Origin: a virus
IMG/VR virus record: IMGVR_UViG_3300021498_000001
Location: 1-64,000 of that record
Direction: 5' to 3' (one strand)
DNA length: 64,000 nt
The notes below the pieces were generated by a model that was given only the letters and a program-made list of their open reading frames with translations, was not told the DNA's origin and made no database searches. How positions within the stretch are numbered: position 1 is the first letter of the stretch; each line of letters opens with the position of its first letter. Of this stretch, positions 29,851 to 39,537 are shown in pieces. The position numbers and the translations under genes were made by a program.

Positions 29851-29892
29851 TTGCCTCTGTTTGAGGCAATAAGATTAAATAGGAGGTAAGGG

Positions 29893-30351
29893 ATGCCAAA
29901 TTATGAAGGTTTTGACTTATCTTTAGATGAAGAGGTAATCGTGCTTATAGATACACAGCACGGAAAGGAATTTGAACTCAAGCATTATGTAAGAAGGCCC
30001 AAGACCTCAGAGTTTAAAGAATATAGAAAGAGAATGAGTGAATTTAGAGGCGGATTGAGACGATTTAAGTGGGAAGATAGAACAACAGATGCTGCAGAGT
30101 GGTTGTATAGAAAGATTATACAAAGAGTAGAGGGCTACACTCTTTCTGCTTATGGAAATAAAAGTGTAATGGATATTACAAGAGAAGAATTAGAAGAAAT
30201 AAGTCAGCGTCGTGGAGAGAGATATGAGTCTTGGGTGGATTTAATCCCACCTAGGCATAAGATGTTTGTAATAGATAGAGTTGCTGGCTTGGTGGTTGAA
30301 GGTGAGACTGAAATGGAGGAGCAATTGGGGGAATCTTTAAGCGGAGCCTAA
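29893..30351 (+). CDS. tail assembly chaperone (gpG-like)
   Basis: between tail tube and tape measure; slippery GGGGGAA at 30327-30333. Confidence 0.8.
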   Translation: MPNYEGFDLSLDEEVIVLIDTQHGKEFELKHYVRRPKTSEFKEYRKRMSEFRGGLRRFKWEDRTTDAAEWLYRKIIQRVEGYTLSAYGNKSVMDITREELEEISQRRGERYESWVDLIPPRHKMFVIDRVAGLVVEGETEMEEQLGESLSGA

Positions 30352-30635
30352 GATACAGCTGCGATCCCAAAACTTGTGATGCATATAGGATTTCAGGTGG
30401 AAAGGCTTGTAAAAGTTGTCCCAACAATCCAGAGAATTGGCAAAAAGACCTTGACCCAAATTGGATTGCTTATTCAAACTACATAATTTGGTTGCATACT
30501 CTAAAGAGTATAGGGTGCACCTTCTTAATGGATGACCTATCTCTTTCTGAGTGGAAGGCACTAGAGATTCTAGAGAGAGAAATCAAACTTAAAGAAAAAG
30601 AAGAAATGGAGAAAATTAAGAAAGGAAGGAAGTAA
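30327..30635 (+). CDS. -1 frameshift extension of tail chaperone (gpGT-like)
   Basis: open -1 frame of ~100 codons from the slippery site to a TAA overlapping the tape measure ATG. Confidence 0.8.
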   Translation, partial: GGIFKRSLRYSCDPKTCDAYRISGGKACKSCPNNPENWQKDLDPNWIAYSNYIIWLHTLKSIGCTFLMDDLSLSEWKALEILEREIKLKEKEEMEKIKKGRK

Positions 30636-33600
30636 TGGCTGGCTATGACGTTAGTATCACCATAACCACACGCTGGAGAGAAGCAGGCAAACCTCCTTCT
30701 CCTGAGCCTGTTCAAAAAACAGAGCAGGCAGTAAGGCGTACTACGGCTGCACTCAAGGAGCAGCAGAGTATTCTGGCAAGATTCATCCGCAATTGGAAAA
30801 ACACCTTTGCTGTTTTCGCTGCAGGATATGTAAGCGTTGTAGCTTTCCTAGAAGTGTTGCGTCTTATGAGTCAGACTATTGCGGGTGGAATCCAAAAAAT
30901 TGCAGAATTTGAGTCTGCTGTCGCTTCTCTTACAGCAAGATTAATGTCATTGATAGGAGTTAGGCCTGGAGAAAGTCTGTCTGCAGGTTGGGATAGACTA
31001 ACAGAGTATGTGAAGAATGTCTATAATTGGGCTATCAAGTTGGATGCTCAATTTAGCGGGACTACTGAAGAATTAATGGAGGCATTTAGAGCATTGGCAG
31101 ATCAAGGCATTATTTTAAATGTTCAAGCCGAAGAACATCGCAAGGCTTGGCTTGCTATTGCAGAAGCTGCTAAAGCTGTGAATCCTCATATCAGAAGACA
31201 GGGACAAATGTATCAAGAAATTAGAGCTTGGGTGCAAGGAATTGTGAGACAGGGAAATGAGCTTGCAAGACAATCAGAAGCAATGATTCCTAACTATAAA
31301 GAGCAAGTCAAGCTACTTGCAAGTGCTGATGAGTGGGTGCAGTTTATCAATACTCATTTCTTAGGTTACTTAGTCTTGTCCAAAAAGATAGGTGATACTT
31401 GGGATGCAGTAGTTTCAACTTTTGAAAGCTACTTTACTCTCCTGCAAAGAATGGGACTCAGGCCCTTGTTTGAAACATTGAAGAATATCATTGCCAGCAT
31501 GGCTGATTATCTAAGAAAACATCTTGTGCCTCTTAGTCTCAATTTTGCTGCTATCTGGAAAGCAATTGGGCCTGCAATTCAATTGATAGCAGATATTTTT
31601 GGAATCATATTTAAGACAGTAAGTGCCTTGTCTCCTATTATTGCTGCATTCACTCATGCGGTTGGCACTTTGGCATCCTTATTCAGAGTGCCTCTAAAAT
31701 TATTCTCTATGCTTTTAGATAATGCAATAGAATATGAAACTCATTTATATAAGATTGAAGAGCAGCAGAAAAAGACTTTCGCTATAAGTGAAGAAGAAAG
31801 AAGACTATTGGAATTAAGAAAAAAGGAAGAACAGATTGATTTAACTAAACCTCTACAATTAGCAGAAGAAGCAGAATATGAATTATTAGCAGCAGCTAAA
31901 AGTGCTACTTATGCAAGAATAGAACTAAAGCGAAGAGAAGTCAAAGACGCTATTGAGGCCATCCAGAAGAAAATAAAGGCATTGCTATTGGTGGAAGAAC
32001 TGGAATCTAAGGTAGCTAAGCAAGGCATGAAGGAAGCAGAAGAAAGGCGCAGGAAATGGGAGAGTGACTATAAAGAATGGGTTAGACTCAATTCAGAGCT
32101 TAGTCAATTGCAACAGAGATTATATCGAATGCCTCTTGGAGGTGGAGCTGAAGCGGGAGAAATCATGTCTCGAATAAGGCAAATTCAATCTAGAATATTA
32201 GGACTATCAGAAAGCCTCAATAAATATAATAAAGCTCAAGAAGACTATGTAGAGCATGCTGAAAAGGCCAAAGAAGCTGATGAAAAAATAGCAACACTCA
32301 GAAAAAAACTCGTTACATTAAATAAATATCTTGCACTTCTCAATGAAAAATTAGCAGAGGAAGAAAAAAAGATAGCAGAAGAAAAGGAGAAAAATGCACA
32401 AAAAGAGTTGCTGAATATTAAGAAACTTTCTGATGCTTATGCTGCCTTGGCAGCAGATTATGAAAGATATCAAACTCAAATGGCTACAGTTACAGAAGAC
32501 CTAGCAACAGAAAGATTGAGAATAGAATCTGAATTGACAGGCAGTCTAGAGGCTCAATATCGCTATCGAGTACAACAAGTGGAAAGATGGGAAGCTGAAA
32601 AATGGAATCGAGTCAAATCTATTCAAGAGAGCATGCTGAAAAAAATAGATAATATGAGGCGTCAAATAGAAGAGCAAAGAGCTAAGGAAAACAGAGAGCT
32701 TAGACTGGATGAAGCTGCCACGCTTGTTGACCTCGAAATAAAGGAAATGGAGATTTATAAGGATGTGCAAGAAAAGAAAGTTGAGATAGCAAGAATTGCT
32801 GCTGAAAAGGAGAAGCAGATTTTTCTAGATACGTATGGGTATGCAATTAATTTGGGAGAAATGCTTGAAAGTACTGTTGCAGATGCTTTCGAAGGAATAG
32901 TTCTAGGTACTCGTAAACTCGAAGATGTGTTTACAGCTATGAGAGATGTGATTGTGGAACGCTTTTCTAGAATGTTTGCAAGAATGATAAGAGACAAACT
33001 AGATTTTGATACATTTTGGGTTGTCAATGTGGAGAACATGCCAAAACAGTTTGAAAAGTCTGTCTTTAATATAAGAAGTATCTGGAACTCCCTGATGAAC
33101 TGGATGACAAGCTCTATAGGTAAACTCACAGGAGCAATTGGCACCATTGGATATGGCATTGCTGGAATGGTGGGAGGAGAGCCTTGGAGAGCAATAGGTG
33201 GAACAGCTGCAACAGCAGCTATGCTTACAGGGCATCCTGTTATTGCAGTCGCTACAATTACAACAGCAGAGATTGCAAGAGCAATATTTAAGGGAAGAGT
33301 AGAATGGGTATCTGTAGGAGCACCTGCTGCAGGAATGGCGGGAACAAGAATCGGACTTGAGAGAGGATGGTGGGAAAGCATGTCCACCTTCTGGAAGATT
33401 AGTTTGTCATTTCTTACTGGATGGATACCTATATTTGGTAGTATTTTTGGCAGAAAATGGCCTACAATTAGAGGTACTCTAGAAGCCTCTCTAACCTTCT
33501 TAACAGAAGCATCTCAAATAGCAGATGAATATGCAGAAGAAATAAGCAAGGTTTCAGGTGGAACAAAGGGACGAGTAAGATTTGAAGAAGCCACAGAAAA

Positions 33601-36600
33601 TGTCAGAGTCATTATCCTTCAGTGGCGTGATGTAAAAGGAAGCATGGATGAGTTATCATTAGCATTCCTTAAGTTTACTCAGGATGTCATAGATACATAT
33701 AATGCCTATTTTGCAATGTTACCTGAAGACATAAGAGAGGCACTTATAGAATCTTTACCTCAAATAGAATTTGCCTTTGCTGGTGGACGCAAAGATATGG
33801 AAATATTAGGAAAAAAGGTTGCCACCAAGATGTTGATAGAGACATATCTTTCCTGGGGCGTGCCGTTAATAGAAGAGTTTAATAAATTATTGGGCATAGA
33901 TTTATTTGAAAAATTTGGCTTGGAAAAGACTTGGGAAGAATTGATAGAAAAGGCTGGAGTTGACATATTTAGAGAGTTTGGTCGAGCTTCGCATAAACGC
34001 AAAGAGGAAATAGAAGAACTTTATGAGTACGTTACCCAAGAACTTCAGACTACTGTAGATGTTGTACTCAGAACTGCTGGAACCTTATACAATTTGATGA
34101 AAGTGTATGGAGATGGAGTTGAAATTTATTTTGATAGCATATTAAATTATGTAAAGGATATTGTAGATAAATATACCGCTGAAATGTCAGGCTTAAAAGA
34201 AGAAGAGGTAGCGAAAAAGGCCGAGGAGTTAGGAAAGACAGTAGATGAATATTTATCAGCAGTAGTTTCTTTCATAGAAGACATAGAAGATACAATTGCT
34301 GAATATACTCTGGCTCCTGCTGCAAGAGAAATCAGAGACATAGAAAAATGGTATCAAGAAAGAATTGCAGAAGCGGAGTCATTAGGTTTATCTATCGAAA
34401 GACTTAACCAAGCAATGGCTCTCAAATTCTTTAAGCCCATAGAAGATATTATAGATACCAGAAGTGATTTTGAAAAAGCCATAGATGAGCTCAATGAATG
34501 GTATTTAGCAGCAACAGATTTCTTTGAGAGACACCAAGAAGTATTAGAATCCTTAGGCTATTCTATTGAAGAGATAATCCTTGCATACAGAACACAATTG
34601 GAAAGGTTATTCTTATCTCCTTTAGAAGAACTCAGAAAAAGGATTGCATCAATAGGTGGCGGTGTACAGATTACACCTGAAGAACGTGCTGCTGAGATAT
34701 CCAGAATTCTAGATGAAATTATGACTTTGCTTGCTTCAGATACAGAAACCCTTGCTTCTCAATGGGAGCATCTCCTTGAGCTCTTAAATGAATATATTAA
34801 TTTACAGGAGCAAGCATATGAGGAACAAATAGAACAATTACGCGATGAGTATGAAAAGCGGAAAGAATTGACTCGCAAGGCTTACGAAGAAGAAATGGAA
34901 AAAATCAGAGAAGAATATCAAGCTAGAATCGATGCAATTCAAGACGAGATTTCACAGGTAGAAGAATTAATGAGTGCATGGGAGTCCATCCAAGATAGAG
35001 TGGATGACCTTATTGAACAGATTGAAGAAGCAGGCAAAACGCCTGTAGAATCTTTGGAGTCTGCTTGGAGTGAATTTCAAGATTTATTGAGAGAAATAAT
35101 GGAGGCTCCTCCAGAAGAAAGACCTGAGCTCATAGAGGAACTCTTGGATTTAATGCCAGAGATATTGAATCTTGCAGAAGATATTTTTGGTCAGGGAGAA
35201 ATTCTTAATCAATTACAACAATATTTCTTGGATATTTTAGAGCACATAGGAGCAGAAGCTGAATCTCAACTGGATGTATTGAAAGAAACAAGAGATGCTT
35301 TGGAAGCACAAAAAGAGCTGTTGGAAGATGAATTGGATATGAGATTAAGCGAATTAAATGAGTCAATGGAAGCAGCCTTGAATGCCTTAGATGAGGATTT
35401 ACAGTCTAAGATTGATGAACTTACTCAATCAACCATTGATGCATTAATGTCATTGATAGACACTGTCGAAGAAGCAGGAGAAGGCATTATAGATTCTATG
35501 ACTGGAGGCGAATTTGCTGGCATTTCAGAAGAAAAACTTGAGGAATTAAGAGAAAGTTTAGAATCGTTACAAAGCAGTTTTGAGGGACTGGATTTAGGAA
35601 CTATCAATGAAAATATAAGTACATTGACAGAAACAACTACCGATCTAATACCAACGATGAGTGAAAATCTTGCTAATGAGGTTGCGTTGATGAATGACCA
35701 GATCTTACCACTATTGCAACATATAGACGAAGGCATCAATACAGTCCTTGTAAATGTTATAAACAGTGCAGTTTCTACATTGTCTGAAGCAGTTGGAACT
35801 GGAGTTGCATCTATTAATGGCCAGATTGCAAGTACAGGTGCATCTCTCGGCAATGCAATCTCAAGTGCTGCATCCTCAATTTCATCTGCTATATCTAGTG
35901 CAGCGAGCTCAATATCTGCTTCTATTTCTGCCATTCAATGTGTCTGTGAGAGTCATTGTCATTGTGACTGTTCATGCACCTGTAATGTTAATACAGAATC
36001 AGCACAGGCAGGTGGAATTGTAACTCGTCCAACATTACTCATGGTAGGAGAAGCAGGTCCAGAAGCAATAATACCCTTATCTCGATTGAGTCAATATGTA
36101 CCTACTTCGAGATATACTTATCCTGCTTATTATGAGCCATTTATAGATCCATGGAAATTATGGGATGAGATAAGAGATTTAGTTGATGCAATAAGAGAAC
36201 TCACAGAAGAATTGGCGGATTGGATAGAAGAAGCACTCAATCCTTTGTATGATTTTGAGAAAGATCTAGATGAGATAATAGAAGAAACCAAAGAGTGGAT
36301 AAAATTATTAGAAGCACATAGAGATTATCTTGAGAGCATTGGGTACAATGTTGACCAGCTTATCGATTTAGTAAAACAAACAGCTTGGGAGAAAATTTTG
36401 GATTTGATTGAAGATGATATAGAAGAAGTGAGAAATCTTGTAAACTATACTTCTGATTGGGAACAGGAAATTGCTGATATTCTAGATTGGTATGAAGAGT
36501 TAACAAGGAAGACAGAAGATATATTAGATATACTGGAGGAGACATTAATTCCAACAGTTTTAAAGAAATATGGAATTACTACTATTCAAGATTTGGAAGA

Positions 36601-38938
36601 AGTAATCAAGGATTTGGAGAAGATAGAACCTTATTGGGAAAAACTGCGAGATTTAATACCACAGGTATTGGGCGATCCATTGAATGAATTTCTGAAGCGG
36701 CTTTATTGGGAAAGGTATAAATGGGATATTGCAGCTAATACTATAGAAGACTTCTTTAACGAGTTTTTAGAGTCTTTAGCCCCACATCCAGCTGATGTAG
36801 AGCGGCTTCAGGAAGAGTATGGTGCTTATTTGAATGCTTGGCTTTCATATTTAGAGAAAGTGAGAGAAGGACTTTGGGATTGGGCTACATTTCTTAGGAT
36901 GATTCATGGAGATATAATTGAGATAGAATCTTTGGAATGGTTTAAATGGATGGGAACGTGGGAGCCATATGAATCTAATATTGAAATTGAAGACGTAAGA
37001 AGGTGGTTGTTAACTGTTTTGTCACGTCATTTAAGAGATTTCACAGATGAGTTTATAGGCACTTTGGATGAAATAATTGGTCGTTTGATATATCCTTATC
37101 TCCCTGAAAGAATCAAACAGGTGGTTTCCAAGATGTCACCAGAAGAAATCTGGAAATACTTAATTGAGAATCTTGATAAAACTATTGAATATCTGAGAAA
37201 TCTGCTTACTGACTTGGGAGATACTCTTAAAGAAAGACTGGAGTATCTCGATAAAATCAGGCAAGCAGCTGCCAGAAAAATATCAAACGTTTTGTACGAG
37301 GTCTTTGTTGAGCCTATGGAAGACTTAAGAGAAAAGATTGAAAGATTCTCACTGGGCGAAGAGTATGTTGCAAAGGCATTGGAAGATGCAGAAGCACAAT
37401 GGAATAGAATAGCAGATACTTGGCAGAGGATAACTGAAACTGGAAATGAAGAGGCACTTAGAGCAATGGCTTCTAATTGGGAAAGAATTTTAGAAGATGC
37501 AGAGAACTATATTGATTTGCTAGAACAGGCTTACGAAAGAGAAGTAGATGCTCTTGAGAAAGAATATGAAGCAAGAATGGAAGGCTTCAATAAAGAAACA
37601 GGAGAAATCTACAGCACTTGGCAAGATATAGCAGACCTTTTGACAGAAAGAGGATATGATGTAGGAGAACAATGGGGCGAGGCTTGGGAGAAGGCACAAG
37701 CGGTAGGTGAAGGAGTAAGCGAGGCATTTGATATATGGAGAGATTGGCAAGAAGAACAGCTCGATGCTTTGGAAGATTTGAAATCTGATTGGGAAGATGT
37801 GATGGAATCTGCACAGGAATTAATAGATGAATTGACAACAGTAAGTGAGCTTGCACCTGTTCAGAGCTGGGAAGCAATTCAAAGAAGATGGGAAGAGCTA
37901 AGAGAACGCATGATTTCTGGAGATGTTGAAGCAGCAAGAGCACTTATTGACTTTACAGAGACTTATTTGGAGATGGCAAGAACGCTAACGCCAAGTCAAT
38001 ATGTTAATATATATCAAGACGTTCTTGGAACGTTACAACAATCCAGAGACATAGCAGAAGACCAGATATCAACACTAGGGGATTTGGCAGACAGTATTCG
38101 TGAAACAGTAGAAGCAGCAGAAGTTGCATTAGAAGACATAATGGAACGGTTAAATGATGAATTAGAGCAAAGGATAGAGGACTTAAGGCAGGAGTATGCA
38201 GCAAGAATGGATGAAGTCTACTCACTACTTGAAGATATGAGGGTGAAAATAGTTACAGAAGTTGTACCTCCAGAATTCAGGGATGATGTACTCAGGGAAC
38301 TAGGCTATCAGATTGATTACCTTTCAAGAGTCGAGGAAATTTTGAATAATGCAAGTACTGCTGATAATCAGATTAAGGTATGGAAACTTGAGGATGTAAG
38401 TGATTACTTAAACAAGATTGCATCATGGAATCTTGACGAACTCATGAAGGATATCAAGGAATGGGACTTAGGCAATAAAGTTAAAACTCTCTTCAGTGTG
38501 CTTCGAAGACAATCAGAAACCATCAGAGTTTGGGTTCCTAGAATTGCTAGTTTAATACAACATACAGAGTTAATTCATGCATTGGATATACAACGAAACG
38601 AATATTTGAAGCAATTGTGCGATCTTCTCCAAGAAAATAAAGGCGCAGGCGAAGTTCCTTCTTTGCAAACAGGTGGCATTATAGGTCAAGAAGGCATATA
38701 TCGTCTCCATCCAGGAGAAATCGTTATACCTCGCAATGCTAATATTAGAGTGGAAATAGACGCAGATAAATTAGGTGAGTCCATTGCCTCTTCTTTGATT
38801 CGTGCAGGTATAGCTTCAAAAGAGACCTCTTCTATACACTTGCATATAGACGGCAGAGAAATAGCAGCAGTTACAGCAGAACAAATAAGAAGAGGTCATC
38901 CAGAATTGGTGAAGCAAGTAAGAAGAATTACACATTAA
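30635..38938 (+). CDS. tail tape measure protein
   Basis: 2767 aa, helical/coiled coil, hydrophobic segments, GGIV...GEAGPEAIIPL and LHPGEIVIP motifs, IDGREIA C-terminus. Confidence 0.9.
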   Translation: MAGYDVSITITTRWREAGKPPSPEPVQKTEQAVRRTTAALKEQQSILARFIRNWKNTFAVFAAGYVSVVAFLEVLRLMSQTIAGGIQKIAEFESAVASLTARLMSLIGVRPGESLSAGWDRLTEYVKNVYNWAIKLDAQFSGTTEELMEAFRALADQGIILNVQAEEHRKAWLAIAEAAKAVNPHIRRQGQMYQEIRAWVQGIVRQGNELARQSEAMIPNYKEQVKLLASADEWVQFINTHFLGYLVLSKKIGDTWDAVVSTFESYFTLLQRMGLRPLFETLKNIIASMADYLRKHLVPLSLNFAAIWKAIGPAIQLIADIFGIIFKTVSALSPIIAAFTHAVGTLASLFRVPLKLFSMLLDNAIEYETHLYKIEEQQKKTFAISEEERRLLELRKKEEQIDLTKPLQLAEEAEYELLAAAKSATYARIELKRREVKDAIEAIQKKIKALLLVEELESKVAKQGMKEAEERRRKWESDYKEWVRLNSELSQLQQRLYRMPLGGGAEAGEIMSRIRQIQSRILGLSESLNKYNKAQEDYVEHAEKAKEADEKIATLRKKLVTLNKYLALLNEKLAEEEKKIAEEKEKNAQKELLNIKKLSDAYAALAADYERYQTQMATVTEDLATERLRIESELTGSLEAQYRYRVQQVERWEAEKWNRVKSIQESMLKKIDNMRRQIEEQRAKENRELRLDEAATLVDLEIKEMEIYKDVQEKKVEIARIAAEKEKQIFLDTYGYAINLGEMLESTVADAFEGIVLGTRKLEDVFTAMRDVIVERFSRMFARMIRDKLDFDTFWVVNVENMPKQFEKSVFNIRSIWNSLMNWMTSSIGKLTGAIGTIGYGIAGMVGGEPWRAIGGTAATAAMLTGHPVIAVATITTAEIARAIFKGRVEWVSVGAPAAGMAGTRIGLERGWWESMSTFWKISLSFLTGWIPIFGSIFGRKWPTIRGTLEASLTFLTEASQIADEYAEEISKVSGGTKGRVRFEEATENVRVIILQWRDVKGSMDELSLAFLKFTQDVIDTYNAYFAMLPEDIREALIESLPQIEFAFAGGRKDMEILGKKVATKMLIETYLSWGVPLIEEFNKLLGIDLFEKFGLEKTWEELIEKAGVDIFREFGRASHKRKEEIEELYEYVTQELQTTVDVVLRTAGTLYNLMKVYGDGVEIYFDSILNYVKDIVDKYTAEMSGLKEEEVAKKAEELGKTVDEYLSAVVSFIEDIEDTIAEYTLAPAAREIRDIEKWYQERIAEAESLGLSIERLNQAMALKFFKPIEDIIDTRSDFEKAIDELNEWYLAATDFFERHQEVLESLGYSIEEIILAYRTQLERLFLSPLEELRKRIASIGGGVQITPEERAAEISRILDEIMTLLASDTETLASQWEHLLELLNEYINLQEQAYEEQIEQLRDEYEKRKELTRKAYEEEMEKIREEYQARIDAIQDEISQVEELMSAWESIQDRVDDLIEQIEEAGKTPVESLESAWSEFQDLLREIMEAPPEERPELIEELLDLMPEILNLAEDIFGQGEILNQLQQYFLDILEHIGAEAESQLDVLKETRDALEAQKELLEDELDMRLSELNESMEAALNALDEDLQSKIDELTQSTIDALMSLIDTVEEAGEGIIDSMTGGEFAGISEEKLEELRESLESLQSSFEGLDLGTINENISTLTETTTDLIPTMSENLANEVALMNDQILPLLQHIDEGINTVLVNVINSAVSTLSEAVGTGVASINGQIASTGASLGNAISSAASSISSAISSAASSISASISAIQCVCESHCHCDCSCTCNVNTESAQAGGIVTRPTLLMVGEAGPEAIIPLSRLSQYVPTSRYTYPAYYEPFIDPWKLWDEIRDLVDAIRELTEELADWIEEALNPLYDFEKDLDEIIEETKEWIKLLEAHRDYLESIGYNVDQLIDLVKQTAWEKILDLIEDDIEEVRNLVNYTSDWEQEIADILDWYEELTRKTEDILDILEETLIPTVLKKYGITTIQDLEEVIKDLEKIEPYWEKLRDLIPQVLGDPLNEFLKRLYWERYKWDIAANTIEDFFNEFLESLAPHPADVERLQEEYGAYLNAWLSYLEKVREGLWDWATFLRMIHGDIIEIESLEWFKWMGTWEPYESNIEIEDVRRWLLTVLSRHLRDFTDEFIGTLDEIIGRLIYPYLPERIKQVVSKMSPEEIWKYLIENLDKTIEYLRNLLTDLGDTLKERLEYLDKIRQAAARKISNVLYEVFVEPMEDLREKIERFSLGEEYVAKALEDAEAQWNRIADTWQRITETGNEEALRAMASNWERILEDAENYIDLLEQAYEREVDALEKEYEARMEGFNKETGEIYSTWQDIADLLTERGYDVGEQWGEAWEKAQAVGEGVSEAFDIWRDWQEEQLDALEDLKSDWEDVMESAQELIDELTTVSELAPVQSWEAIQRRWEELRERMISGDVEAARALIDFTETYLEMARTLTPSQYVNIYQDVLGTLQQSRDIAEDQISTLGDLADSIRETVEAAEVALEDIMERLNDELEQRIEDLRQEYAARMDEVYSLLEDMRVKIVTEVVPPEFRDDVLRELGYQIDYLSRVEEILNNASTADNQIKVWKLEDVSDYLNKIASWNLDELMKDIKEWDLGNKVKTLFSVLRRQSETIRVWVPRIASLIQHTELIHALDIQRNEYLKQLCDLLQENKGAGEVPSLQTGGIIGQEGIYRLHPGEIVIPRNANIRVEIDADKLGESIASSLIRAGIASKETSSIHLHIDGREIAAVTAEQIRRGHPELVKQVRRITH

Positions 38939-38954
38939 TTTGGAGGTGTTTGAT

Positions 38955-39518
38955 ATGGAAGAAAAGTTTAAGCAAGGAATGAATATAGGAGCGAGTGTTA
39001 TTTCAAAACGAGGAGTTCATTTCAGACCTCTTTGGGGCGCACATTACAGAGTAGAATGCTATGACAAAAATGGCAATCTCAAATGGGTAGATGAATTTGA
39101 CAATCTGGTAGTGGATGAAGGACTGAATGACAATCTGGATAAATATTTCAAAGGAAGCAACTACACAGCCTCATTTTATGTAGGACTTACAGATGGCTCT
39201 CCCACACCTTCTGCAAGTGACACTATGTCTTCTCATTCAGGTTGGAATGAAGTTACTGCTTATGATGAATCTGCAAGACCCTCTCTTGTTCTTGGTACTG
39301 TGTCAAATAAATCTGTAGATAATTCTGAAAATAAAGCTCAATTCACAATAAATGCAAACAATACAACAATAGGTGGTGCATTTGTGACAACTGACAGCAC
39401 AAAAGGAGGCACAACAGGCATTTTATATGGTGTGGGAGCATTTTCTGCAGGTGACAAAACATTGGACAGTGGAGATGTTTTGCAAGTAACAGTTACTCTT
39501 ACTGCAAGTGCAGCATAG
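38955..39518 (+). CDS. tail-associated structural protein
   Basis: NLVVDEG...GD.LQVT type minor tail protein; GGAGGT RBS before ATG 38955. Confidence 0.7.
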   Translation: MEEKFKQGMNIGASVISKRGVHFRPLWGAHYRVECYDKNGNLKWVDEFDNLVVDEGLNDNLDKYFKGSNYTASFYVGLTDGSPTPSASDTMSSHSGWNEVTAYDESARPSLVLGTVSNKSVDNSENKAQFTINANNTTIGGAFVTTDSTKGGTTGILYGVGAFSAGDKTLDSGDVLQVTVTLTASAA

Positions 39519-39537
39519 CAGGATATAACAATAAAGA

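Noticed and set aside
32546-38225. Antisense ORFs within the tape measure gene, and similar shadow ORFs elsewhere
   Set aside because: Fully overlap long genes, mirror their codon bias and show no motifs
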